This document shows, piece by piece, positions 9,086-19,000 of a DNA stretch of 64,000 bases. The position numbers were made by a program, and so were the translations under genes. The notes under the pieces were generated by a model, which was not told where the DNA came from, did not search any database, and saw only the letters and a program-made list of their open reading frames with translations. The stretch's first letter is position 1. Each line of letters opens with the position of its first letter. The stretch comes from Obrimoposthia wandeli (taxonomy: Eukaryota): contig CDROCS010003952.1 in assembly GCA_977020255.1 (NCBI GenBank), forward strand, positions 124,001-188,000, given 5' to 3'.

Positions 9086-10993
9086 ATGAAACGCTCTATT
9101 ATTAGTTTATCTGTGCTGCTCGCGACTTCTCTTTCAAACATTGCATTAGCAGATGATAGTCATCAGAACCGTTTTGACGGCGTAAATGTCGATATCCCAA
9201 CACTCTCGCACGATTATTACTTAGGTGAAAACTCGGGTGCAACGCATTTCTGGCATGGCGATACCAAAGACATGACCTTTACCCGTACGGGTGGCAATGA
9301 TGCCTTTGATGCTGAATCTAACAAGGTTCACCCACAGTTAACCGCGCATTCACAAAAGATGGATAAAGGTATTTTTACTTATAAAAATAAATTCTTCCAG
9401 ATTTATGGTTATGGTTTAACGTCACCGATGATTGTTGATGGTGATAATGGTCTATTAATCCTCGACCCTGTTGAGTCAGTCGACAAAATGCAATTGGTCA
9501 TGGCAGATTTTCGTAAAGTAACCGGTAATAACAAACCCGTTGCCGCTATTATGTATTCACATTGGCATCCTGATCACTACGCCGGTGTACGTGGTATTGA
9601 AGGCGCTGAAAACGCTAAAATTATCGCCCATGAAACGTTTATGGAAAACGTTGTTAAAGGCTCGATGGGCGGGACTGGTCCAGCACTTGGTTTCCGTGTT
9701 GATTACTCGTTAGGTACCTTACTTAATGTTGAAGAGGGTGGCCGTATTAACGGTGGTTTAGGGCCAGATTTTGAAATAAAAGAGCATAGTTTAATTAAAC
9801 CAAATACCTTAGTTACAGGTAAGTTTGGCAAGCTAGACATGGAAATTGAAGGTATAAAGGTGGAGTTCCAGCACGTACCTTCTGAAGCATCTGATGAGAT
9901 CACTGCTTACTTCCCTGAATTTGACATGTTATTTGGCTCTGAAGTTATTCAAGGCGAAAGCTTCCCGAATCTTCATACTATTCGTGGCACACAATACCGT
10001 GACCCAAGTATCTGGTTCCCAGGTGTTGATATGCTACGTGAATACAATGCCAACACTATGATGGTGTCACATGGTCGCCCGGTAAACGGTGCTAAGCATG
10101 TTGATGACACATTAACGTCATACCGTGATGCGATCCAATTTACTTATGATCAATCAATCAAAGCGATTAATGATGGTGCGACGCAAGAAGATTTAATCCG
10201 TCAAATAAAATTACCAGCACACTTAGTTAACCACCCGTGGTTAGGTGATTTCTATGGTTCGATTCGTCATGCTGCAAAACAAATATTTGTTGGTGAAATG
10301 GGGTGGTTTGATGGTGACCCAACAACACTAAACGCAACTTACTCGGTAGAGGCATCAACACGCTACGTCAACATGGTTGGCGGTAAAGAGAAGATGATGG
10401 AGTTTGCAATGGACGCCTGTGATAGCGGTGATTATCAGTGGTGTGCAGAATTGGCAACACATGCAATACGTATCGATTTAGACGACATGGCGCCGCGTGA
10501 ATTAAAAGCAACAGCACTGCGTGAATTGGCTTACCGTGAAACCAATAACAATTGGCGTAATTGGTACTTAACCTCGGCACAAGAGCTTGATGGCACTATT
10601 GATTACTCTAAAAAAATCAACCTGCAAGCACCTGATTTGATGGCTGAGTTTGAACCTGCACAATTGGTTAGCGCGATGCGTTTTGGTTTGAATGCAGAGC
10701 GTAGTCAAGATAAGCACTTCACTGTAGCGTTTGAATTTGGTGATACTAACGAAACCCATGCGCTTGAAATTCGCCGTAGTGTTGCGCAATTCCATCAAGA
10801 TTTTGCAGGCCAACCTAAAGCAACCGTTAAGCTAACTAAAAATGTATTCCTAGGATTACTGGTTGGTAAAGTCGATTTTGTTGAAGCGGTTAAACAAGGT
10901 TACATCCAAGTCGAAGGCGATGCGAAAGCGGTGCCTGAGTTCTTTAGCTTATTCGATAAGCCTGCGGAGTCTCCAAAAATCACGCTTCGTTAA
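9086..10993 (+). CDS. Secreted alkyl/aryl sulfatase (SdsA1/YjcS type: metallo-beta-lactamase + dimerisation + SCP2 domains)
   Basis: Signal peptide MKRSIISLSVLLATSLSNIALA (GAGG RBS before ATG 9086), HWHPDH metal motif, PSEASDE, PNLHTIRG, SHGRP, C-terminal SCP2-like domain. Confidence 0.88.
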   Translation: MKRSIISLSVLLATSLSNIALADDSHQNRFDGVNVDIPTLSHDYYLGENSGATHFWHGDTKDMTFTRTGGNDAFDAESNKVHPQLTAHSQKMDKGIFTYKNKFFQIYGYGLTSPMIVDGDNGLLILDPVESVDKMQLVMADFRKVTGNNKPVAAIMYSHWHPDHYAGVRGIEGAENAKIIAHETFMENVVKGSMGGTGPALGFRVDYSLGTLLNVEEGGRINGGLGPDFEIKEHSLIKPNTLVTGKFGKLDMEIEGIKVEFQHVPSEASDEITAYFPEFDMLFGSEVIQGESFPNLHTIRGTQYRDPSIWFPGVDMLREYNANTMMVSHGRPVNGAKHVDDTLTSYRDAIQFTYDQSIKAINDGATQEDLIRQIKLPAHLVNHPWLGDFYGSIRHAAKQIFVGEMGWFDGDPTTLNATYSVEASTRYVNMVGGKEKMMEFAMDACDSGDYQWCAELATHAIRIDLDDMAPRELKATALRELAYRETNNNWRNWYLTSAQELDGTIDYSKKINLQAPDLMAEFEPAQLVSAMRFGLNAERSQDKHFTVAFEFGDTNETHALEIRRSVAQFHQDFAGQPKATVKLTKNVFLGLLVGKVDFVEAVKQGYIQVEGDAKAVPEFFSLFDKPAESPKITLR

Positions 10994-11069
10994 TTAGTTC
11001 TGGAAATGAATAACCCGGGTATGCCATCACGCTACATCTGTTGGCATACTCAAGTTTAGGAACGAGACG

Positions 11070-11330
11070 ATGAAAAAAAGAGTAGTTAGTACATTATCAG
11101 TGATGCTTTTTAGTTGTAATCTCGTGGCATTTAACGCATTCGCCTGTGGTGGTGACATCGATATGACAGTGCCGCATATTCATGATGAAAATGGCTTACT
11201 CATCGCGATAGAAAAGGCTAATAGCAGTCCATCAAACCAGCATGCACTAAAACAAATCGATATCTATCAGATTTTTTCCGGTGAATTGGCAAGTAATAAA
11301 GACGCTCATCAGCATGGCAAAACGCATTAA
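11070..11330 (+). CDS. Small exported hypothetical protein
   Basis: AGGA RBS, signal-peptide-like N-terminus, C-terminal HQHGKTH; no family recognised. Confidence 0.55.
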   Translation: MKKRVVSTLSVMLFSCNLVAFNAFACGGDIDMTVPHIHDENGLLIAIEKANSSPSNQHALKQIDIYQIFSGELASNKDAHQHGKTH

Positions 11331-11429
11331 CCTCGCAACGTATTTATAACTAAAATTTAGATAAATAGAAATTTGAAGTTAGAAGTTAAACGTTGAGAAC
11401 TGAAATATGAGAACTAAATAGGAAATAAT

Positions 11430-11951
11430 ATGAACATCTTAAAAAGTATTTTCCGAGTGATCACGATAATTTGTAAAGTTTTATTTAAGTTTACCTGCTT
11501 CATGTCCTTGATGCTTTGCGGTGCTTATTTACTGGCGCCACTGGGCACGATTAATTCTAAACAGATAGATTTAAGCACTTTCACTAATACGCCTAATGAC
11601 ACCATGATGATTGTGTTTAATTCGGAGTATTTTAGTGGTTACCTGTTTTCCGTTACCCTCGCGGTGGTTATTTTTGTTGTCTACCTACTCTGGCAGCTGC
11701 ACGAAGTGGCTGTACATAAAGCGCAGGAACAAAATAGTACCCATATCCAATTGGTATTTGCGTTGTCACTGTGCGGTTTGTTTATACACAAAGCCTGGTG
11801 GGTACTTGCCATTATTATTGCGTTTGCGAATTGGAAACATATCGGTGCTTCACTGACAGACATTATTAAAAATGGGTTAGCGACAAAAAATAACAATACA
11901 GGAGCCAACGAGGTGAATACGCTGATGAATAAAGATGCGGAATCACATTAA
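11430..11951 (+). CDS. Inner-membrane protein with DUF3302/YiaW-like C-terminal half
   Basis: Several TM segments; LWQLHEVAVHKA...HIQLVFALSLCGLF...WWVLAIIIA resembles YiaW/YibI; precedes a YiaV/YibH-like MFP. Confidence 0.6.
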   Translation: MNILKSIFRVITIICKVLFKFTCFMSLMLCGAYLLAPLGTINSKQIDLSTFTNTPNDTMMIVFNSEYFSGYLFSVTLAVVIFVVYLLWQLHEVAVHKAQEQNSTHIQLVFALSLCGLFIHKAWWVLAIIIAFANWKHIGASLTDIIKNGLATKNNNTGANEVNTLMNKDAESH

Positions 11952-11992
11952 TTAGGCCTGTAGATTTACAACCAGAATAAAAGGGTAAGACA

Positions 11993-12982
11993 ATGAAAGA
12001 AATAATAATTCCGTATATCCTACTGATGTGGGTATTAGTTTCTACCGGCGCGATAAAGTGGTCTTTAAAAAGTGCGGTGTGGATAGTATTTGGTGGTGTG
12101 TTTATTTTAGTTATATTAGGCATTATGTCACGCTTGTGGGCGCCTGTAGATTTAACCTATTCATCAACAGTAAAAGCACCTCATGCAGTGCTGTCACCAT
12201 TATTTGGTGAAGAGATTGACCAAGTTTTTGTAGAACACAATCAGGTGGTTAAAAAAGGCGCCATTATTTATACCCTAGTGGACACCAATTCTGCTGCGGA
12301 TATAGAGAAAATTAAAGCCTCTATTGTTAAACAAGAAGAGTCTATTTCGCAAATGCAGCGCGATTTGAAACGAGCGAAAAAATCACCAGAGATATTTAAA
12401 TTTAGAGATGTTGAAAAATTTAAATCTGATTTGAAAGTCGCGAATGCTTCGTTGCTTTCGTTGCAAGCTGATTTAGACAAAACGTTATTCGTGCAACAAA
12501 GAAAAACGGTTCGAGCACCTTTTGACGGACAAATTGCGGTGGTTAATATCGCCGATGGTAGCCGTATTGGTAATATGCATATTTATGATACGTCGAAGAA
12601 ATTTGTAGAAATGCGCATCTCTGATCAAACTTACCGTTACGTAGAACCGGGACAATTTTCAGAGTTTTATGTCGATGCTTACCCTGGGGAAATATTCCGC
12701 GCCAAAGTACATAGCTTTACCGCGGGTACAGGTGAATCATCTATCTCTCCGATACAAGGACCACAAAGTGTAAGGCAACATGTCGGCGCTAATACCAGTG
12801 CGCATGGTCGTACTGTGATACTTGAAATTGTTGAACCAGATGGCAAAATAATTCCAATTGGTGCGACGGGATCTGCTTGGATTGCAGCTAAAAAACCACA
12901 TGCTTTCTTTGGTTTTATTGATGTTATTGGCGCAGCGACAGTACGCTTACATTCGTATAAGTCTTATTTAAATGCGATGTAA
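11993..12982 (+). CDS. HlyD-family membrane fusion protein (YiaV/YibH-like)
   Basis: N-terminal TM hairpin, lipoyl half-motifs VFVEHNQVVKKGAIIY and TVRAPFDG, coiled coil, beta-barrel YPGEIFRAKV. Confidence 0.85.
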   Translation: MKEIIIPYILLMWVLVSTGAIKWSLKSAVWIVFGGVFILVILGIMSRLWAPVDLTYSSTVKAPHAVLSPLFGEEIDQVFVEHNQVVKKGAIIYTLVDTNSAADIEKIKASIVKQEESISQMQRDLKRAKKSPEIFKFRDVEKFKSDLKVANASLLSLQADLDKTLFVQQRKTVRAPFDGQIAVVNIADGSRIGNMHIYDTSKKFVEMRISDQTYRYVEPGQFSEFYVDAYPGEIFRAKVHSFTAGTGESSISPIQGPQSVRQHVGANTSAHGRTVILEIVEPDGKIIPIGATGSAWIAAKKPHAFFGFIDVIGAATVRLHSYKSYLNAM

Positions 12983-13058
12983 ACAGGTGCCTAAAAAAGT
13001 CATAAAGCACTGTCATAAGCACTGTCATAAAACAGGGCTCTAAAATACAGCTATAAAA

Positions 13059-13104
13059 AGTGCAGACGAGATATTCATCGCTAAGTTGGATATCTCTTTG
13101 CACT
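13059..13104. terminator. Imperfect hairpin after the HlyD gene
   Basis: AGTGCA..GAGATAT / ATATCTC..TGCACT arms. Confidence 0.35.
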
Positions 13105-13194
13105 GAAGTCTATTTAAAGTTGTTTACAGCTATGTTTAATACAATTCTGTATAATACACGCTGTTTAATAATCGAAATATAGGCATAGTGAGCG

Positions 13195-13734
13195 ATGACA
13201 AATAGAGGCCTTGGCTGTTCTAAATTTACCTTTGCAGTATATCTAGCAAATACGCCGAACATGTTGGAATACCAAGACATAAGCAACGTTAATTCACTCG
13301 TCAGTGGTGAAGTGAATGCCATCGGTCAAGCCTGTGGCAATGGCTGGCGTAAAGTATTTAACGTTTATGCAAAACTGCTGTATGCCTTAAACCCAGCAGA
13401 TTTCGACTTTGCGCAACGCGCGCCTACTTGGCAGACGTATCGTGATGGTTATTTACTACAAGCGGGCAGTGCAACCGCGTTGTTATTTAGCCCTCCGAAA
13501 CTTGATAGCAATGCACAGACTATTCATATTTTATGCGGCCGTACTTATGCTAAAGACTTATTAGCATCAGGTAAATTACAGACTAATTTAATTTGGTTAG
13601 ACGATGAGTTTGCGATTGATGTAACCAAGCGTTTAGTTGTGTGCCCGTATTTTGATTACCGACAGTTATCCAATATCAAAATTGAACGCCTGTCGGTGAT
13701 GTTGAGTGGGCTTGTGCTGGATTCAAGTAATTAA
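13195..13734 (+). CDS. Conserved hypothetical protein (resembles DUF6942)
   Basis: CGNGWRKVFNVYAKL and PYFDYRQLSN blocks recalled from Vibrio/Shewanella hypothetical proteins. Confidence 0.55.
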   Translation: MTNRGLGCSKFTFAVYLANTPNMLEYQDISNVNSLVSGEVNAIGQACGNGWRKVFNVYAKLLYALNPADFDFAQRAPTWQTYRDGYLLQAGSATALLFSPPKLDSNAQTIHILCGRTYAKDLLASGKLQTNLIWLDDEFAIDVTKRLVVCPYFDYRQLSNIKIERLSVMLSGLVLDSSN

Positions 13735-13751
13735 GCCACTACTAACTTAGG

Positions 13752-15806
13752 CTATAGCGTTTTAGATACGCTATAGCGTTGGCCGCGATAATCCCCCGAT
13801 ATAATCACCTCTTTAACGCCTTCTATATTAGTGGCACTTGTTGGTCGCCACTGCAGGTCAATATCACTAAATTGTTGGCTAATCACATCCTCTTCGCCAA
13901 TATCTCGTAGTAATTCTGCAAGCGTCATATTTGTTAATGAAGCACCGGACTTTGTTGACCAATTTTGTAGCAAGTCTTTAGATAACATCTGCTTGGCAAC
14001 CTTGATTGGTAACCCCGTCAAATTATCAAATTGAATGTAATCAATTGCCCTTAAACGACTAATAATGATGCGATTACTGAGCATGCTCATACCGTATACA
14101 TTACGTTGTGTATAAGCTTGCGAGTAGATAATCGATTTTGACTCATTATCAATAAGGTACAAGTTTTTATTTGTTAACGCAGCACTATATTTACCCGTCG
14201 GGTCGGAAGTGAGTTTAAGCACATTTTCAGCTAATGCTAATGTTGCGATTGATGAACCTTGCGCAATATCAATCCAGCTGAGGATATTAGTTTTATCGCT
14301 GACAATTAGATGCTTATCGTTATTGACGAATGCGGCTTTATCTATGTCATTTTTTATTATTTCACTTTGTAAATTCAAGGTTTGAGCATTAATCACAACC
14401 GCTGGAGTACCAGTATTTTGCAGCACGAATAATGATTTTTGTTGCTTACTTAATATGAGTACTGGCTGAGTTGAAGATAGATCATAACTATTACCAGTAG
14501 GCTTTAAAGTACCGCCAACTAACTGTTTTAATTCAGCACTTTGTCCATAATAACCTTTGCTAAATACTGCCGCCACTGTGTTGTGGTTCTGAGAGACGAT
14601 TAACTCATTGATATGGTTGTTTTTACAGTCTGCAGATGAAACCGGCAATACTGGCACGACTACAGGGGGCTTGGATCCTCCGGATGCACGACTATAGGTA
14701 CTAATTTTAGGTGCTGAAGACAAAGGGGAAGCTTGACTGTTTTTGCCTAATTCGGTTAAGAAAATACCGTTATTACCAGTAATATTGCAGGTAGCGCTCA
14801 TGGTCTTATCGCCATAAATCGTTGGCTGATAGATCAAATAAGCATTTTTATTATGGTCGCCTTGAGCGGCTGATAAAATGGCTGATGCCGGTTGGGTTGT
14901 GCCGCCGCCATTGCAGTCATCGCCGAAAAGGGAACCGTAATCATCATCATCATCACAATCATCTCCATCGTGATCATCATCATCATCATCATCGTCGTCA
15001 TCATGGTCATCGTATGTGCTTATCACAGGCGATGTTTGCGTGGTCGTTGCAGGGGTAAATGTATTGCTTAATCCTGTGGTGGTATCAATTTGTAGCAATT
15101 TGTCGCCAGAGGTAAGCGCAAGTAACATGCCGGTATTTTCATTCATCGTGATTGCACGACCACTGGATAGCGTACGTATCGGATATGAACCAGGAATTAA
15201 ATAGCGCTTATTTAAGTTCACATAGGTATTATCTAAATCTGCTTGTTGCAAGCTTCCTGTTATATCAAAATTACCGCTACTTACCATTTTATCAACAGCA
15301 GCTGAGATTTTTAACGCTTTAGAATCCCCCTCTAATGACAATGCATGGGCAAAAGAAGCGAGTAATAGATTAGTCGCTTCTTTTGGTCCATGCTCGGTAT
15401 TTAGCTTATGAAAATCAAGATTATATTGATCCCCAAATAGCTGTTGTAAATGCGCTTGTGCTTGCGCAACACTACCGGAAACTTGTGGGTTAAATAACAC
15501 TTCATTTTGAATCAATGTCGTAAACGGACTCACTACATTGGCACTTGCTGGTGCGGTAAGTAAATATGCCACATTATCGATGACGAATGGAGCTGTGTTA
15601 TCAGCCGCAACACTCCATAAGCTTGACACCTTTTGTTCTTGAGCTCCGCAAGCATAATTACGATCTGCATCGACACAAATTGATAATTTACTGTAGTCAT
15701 AGAGATCTGATTTTGTATTACTGCTTTCTTCGCCGCCACAGCTAATCACGAGACTACATCCCGCTAGAATAACCGCTATTTTAGATAGTTTAAATTTTCC
15801 ATTCAT
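13752..15806 (-). CDS. Lipoprotein with Asp/His-rich tract and probable C-terminal beta-propeller
   Basis: Lipobox (LAGC or VISC), N-terminal module CVDADRNYAC...VSPFTTLI, tract DDHDDDDDDDDDDDHDGDDCDDDDD, repeated short beta-strand units in the C-terminal half. Confidence 0.75.
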   Translation of the reverse strand: MNGKFKLSKIAVILAGCSLVISCGGEESSNTKSDLYDYSKLSICVDADRNYACGAQEQKVSSLWSVAADNTAPFVIDNVAYLLTAPASANVVSPFTTLIQNEVLFNPQVSGSVAQAQAHLQQLFGDQYNLDFHKLNTEHGPKEATNLLLASFAHALSLEGDSKALKISAAVDKMVSSGNFDITGSLQQADLDNTYVNLNKRYLIPGSYPIRTLSSGRAITMNENTGMLLALTSGDKLLQIDTTTGLSNTFTPATTTQTSPVISTYDDHDDDDDDDDDDHDGDDCDDDDDYGSLFGDDCNGGGTTQPASAILSAAQGDHNKNAYLIYQPTIYGDKTMSATCNITGNNGIFLTELGKNSQASPLSSAPKISTYSRASGGSKPPVVVPVLPVSSADCKNNHINELIVSQNHNTVAAVFSKGYYGQSAELKQLVGGTLKPTGNSYDLSSTQPVLILSKQQKSLFVLQNTGTPAVVINAQTLNLQSEIIKNDIDKAAFVNNDKHLIVSDKTNILSWIDIAQGSSIATLALAENVLKLTSDPTGKYSAALTNKNLYLIDNESKSIIYSQAYTQRNVYGMSMLSNRIIISRLRAIDYIQFDNLTGLPIKVAKQMLSKDLLQNWSTKSGASLTNMTLAELLRDIGEEDVISQQFSDIDLQWRPTSATNIEGVKEVIISGDYRGQRYSVSKTL
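14941..15012 (-). repeat. In-frame (GAT)n/(GAC)n trinucleotide tract encoding poly-Asp with His/Cys
   Basis: Runs of TCA on the + strand at 14941-15012. Confidence 0.9.
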
Positions 15807-15909
15807 ATAGATAACACTTTGTTGATTGAAGTTTTATACCGGATACCTTTTGGAAACCAGTCATTTTAATGTAAATAAAGATGATTAGTAAAATATATGA
15901 TCGAATACA

Positions 15910-15928
15910 ATTGATAATCACTCTCATT
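15910..15928. promoter_or_regulatory. Fur box
   Basis: ATTGATAATCACTCTCATT matches 15 of 18 defined positions of AATGATAATnATTATCATT; one mismatch is the common ATTCTC variant. Confidence 0.75.
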
Positions 15929-15939
15929 CCCGTTAGTAT
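15911..15939 (+). promoter_or_regulatory. sigma70 promoter of the DUF1566 lipoprotein/tad run
   Basis: TTGATA-N17-TAGTAT, ending 68 bp before ATG 16008; the -35 and spacer are overlapped by the Fur box. Confidence 0.65.
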
Positions 15940-16007
15940 ATGCGAAAATTTATGTTTGACTATAGTTTTCATAAAGTTATTTACATTTCAATAAAAGGGA
16001 TAGGTAA

Positions 16008-19000
16008 ATGTTGTTAGGAGTAAATAAATCACTGCTCGCGTTCACAGTGATTTCAGGTTCGTTGTTAACGGGTTGTAATGAAGCAAGCCCAGATCAAAAA
16101 TCGACAAATCCGACACAAAAAGTCGTTAAACCAGATGCTCCAGTCGGACCTATCGTGAATGATGACCTTGATCAGTTTGGCTGGTCTTGGAGTCGTAATT
16201 TTAGTGATAAACAATTTTATGAAATCAAAATACCCAATCAACCCTGGTCGAACGTCAATGGTAATCCGCATCAACTGGTTGTTGATGGTGTTTATGCTGT
16301 TGGTGATATTCAAATTCGTGTAAAGGCAGACTCAAGTAGTAACCGAGCAGCGAGTGATGTACTGGTTAATGCCGCTATTTATACCGCTGATTCAGCGATA
16401 AAACGCCCTAAATCGCCTACTAATCCAGTTCAGAATGACAGCTTGAATACCTTTGGTTGGGACCTCGTTACTGGTTTTAACGATGTTAGCGAGTATGAAT
16501 ACTCACTGACTGGCGGTGTTGATTGGACAACTGTTGCTAGCAAACCTTTAAACGTTGGTGATGTTGATATTGATGCTGGACATGTGCAAGTACGTGTTAA
16601 AGCAAATCCAGCAGTGGGTACATTAGCTGGTTCAATCTTAATTAGCTCACAAGCATTTACAGCTGGTGTGCCGGTTGTCATTGCCGCGCCAACATCGCCT
16701 GATATTGTTAACAAATACATCGGTTCCTACAATGAAGTTAAAACAAATGGTTTTAGTTGGGATTGGGTAACGAATAGTAATACTAAGGTTACTTACGATG
16801 AACCTGAGTATTACGAATTTACCAATGATGGTGGAACAACCTGGCAGGCTGCGACGTACAAGCCTCAGCATATTGGTCCTAAAGCTTATGATAAAACCCA
16901 AGTTGGTGTACGTATTAAGAAAAACGCAATCGCGAATCAGGTGAACCCTGTTGGCGAAATATTGTTTGCAACAGCAGCGAGCGAAAAGTTTTATGTTACA
17001 CGTGTAGTATCAATGAAAACCTGGAATCAGGCTCAAGATTTAACATCATCAGGCAACTGGTCTAAGGCGAAAGATGATGGCTGTTATATTGAATATGATG
17101 TTAATGGCGAAAATCCACAGTTTTGGGCTTATGCAGGCAAAAATTCTAGCGCGAATAAGGTGTCTGCATTATTAACTACAGAATTTTGTAATATACCAAA
17201 CTGGTCGTTACTCGACTCGACAGAAATGAAAGCTAAAACTTTAGTTGATTCGAGTTATATCTCAAGCACGTTTAGTCGCTATTTAATTACTAACTCTACA
17301 TCGTATGGTATTGCTTATTGGGCTGTTGAAAAAACGGGTGATGCTAAGATATGGAAGAAAATACAAGCGGGTAAGGAAATAACGAATGCAAGCGCGAAAG
17401 TAATTTTAAATTGGACACTACCAGATACAGCAACAATAGTAACAGAAAGTGCATCAACGGACGCTGATATCAAGGCATTAGTATCGTTACAAAATGGTAA
17501 CTGGCAAACGACCTCGACTGATTTGATTGCTGTTATTAATAAAATTGCAGCGTTAGCGGGTCAATCTTTGACGCCATTATTATCTGACGTGACAGCTGCG
17601 GAAGGCAAAGCGAAAGCGGTATTTGATTTACTTACGTTAGCGTTAGTTGAATACCAAAAAAAGTTCGACGTATTAACACTTTACTCAACTATGCTCGAAA
17701 GTGATAGCAGTATTGATAATGCGCTTAAAGCAACGATTAATGCCAATATCGCCTCGGCTAAAGTAGCATTTATTAATTTAACAGCATTACATACGACATT
17801 TAAATCAGCACTAAAAGTGACGCCAGCATTAACCGCATTGATTAAGTTAACAGATCAAAATACCAGCGCAAATACGGCTAAAGATGCATTAATAGCGGCC
17901 AATGATGGGGCTGATATTCATGCGAAGAGTTTGGATCTATTCGCTGCTGCAGCTGCAATAACTGATTTCATCAATGCAAATATTAAGCTCACTACCGACC
18001 TGAATAAGGCCATTAATGAATTGCCGACAGTAAATAATAGCGGATTAATCTCAGCGCTAGACAAATTGTTAATTATGTTTAGCAATTTACCAATCGCTGC
18101 AGATGTTAAAGCGTTAGACGATCACGCGTTAGCTGGATTGAAACGAGCAGCAGATGCAGGTTATAAAGCCCTTGCTGCGGATGCTGTAATCGGTACTCAC
18201 TTTGCTAAATTAGACATCAATGGTGATTATTTACCAAGTACCACGACGTATGCGCAAGGTTGGCGCTGTGTGATGGATAACCGCGATCCTATTCGTAAAC
18301 GTATTTGGACATTACTTAAAGACGGACTACCAAATGGTGCAGATGATTTGGCATTTGATGCTTCAGGTGCTGGTATTGCAAGTGTGATGGGCGTTGGTGG
18401 TTTAGTTGAATCGACAAAAATAGCACAACTATGTGGACGTAATAACTGGTCATTACCAAGTAAAAAACAGCTAATTTCATTGGAAACAGGCGTGATTAAG
18501 AGTTATGCAACAATCGATGTTGACGTATTCCCTAATCACCTTGCTTTTAAGCCAGAATATGACATCAATGATTGGCTATCCGGTGCTTTACCTGCAACAA
18601 AATTTTGGTATTGGACTGCTGAAAAACGTAGCAGTGAACAGATAACTTATCATTATAAAACAGCTAATAACGATTCATCAACAGGCTCTGAATCAACACA
18701 GGGTGATGAAGATGAAGTGGTTCTTGGGCGCTTAGTCAGTGAAATTGAATTGTCATACCAATTACTCGATAGTGCGGGTGTTGAAACGAGTAATGTTGAT
18801 GATGCTGTATGCGCTTATCAGCCGGAAACAAAGAAAACGTGGCAATTATTTGATACAGCTGATTTAGCGAAAAGAGCAAAATACTACGGTAACACAAGCG
18901 CTGATGCCGATACTGTATTAGCTGAAGTGGCACGTATTAATAACGTTCGTCTGTGTAATAAAAATAATTGGCAAGTACCTAGCTTAGCTGAATTAGAGTT

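Noticed and set aside
14822-15058. Poly-His ORF on the + strand
   Set aside because: Antisense shadow of the Asp codons in the 684-aa lipoprotein.
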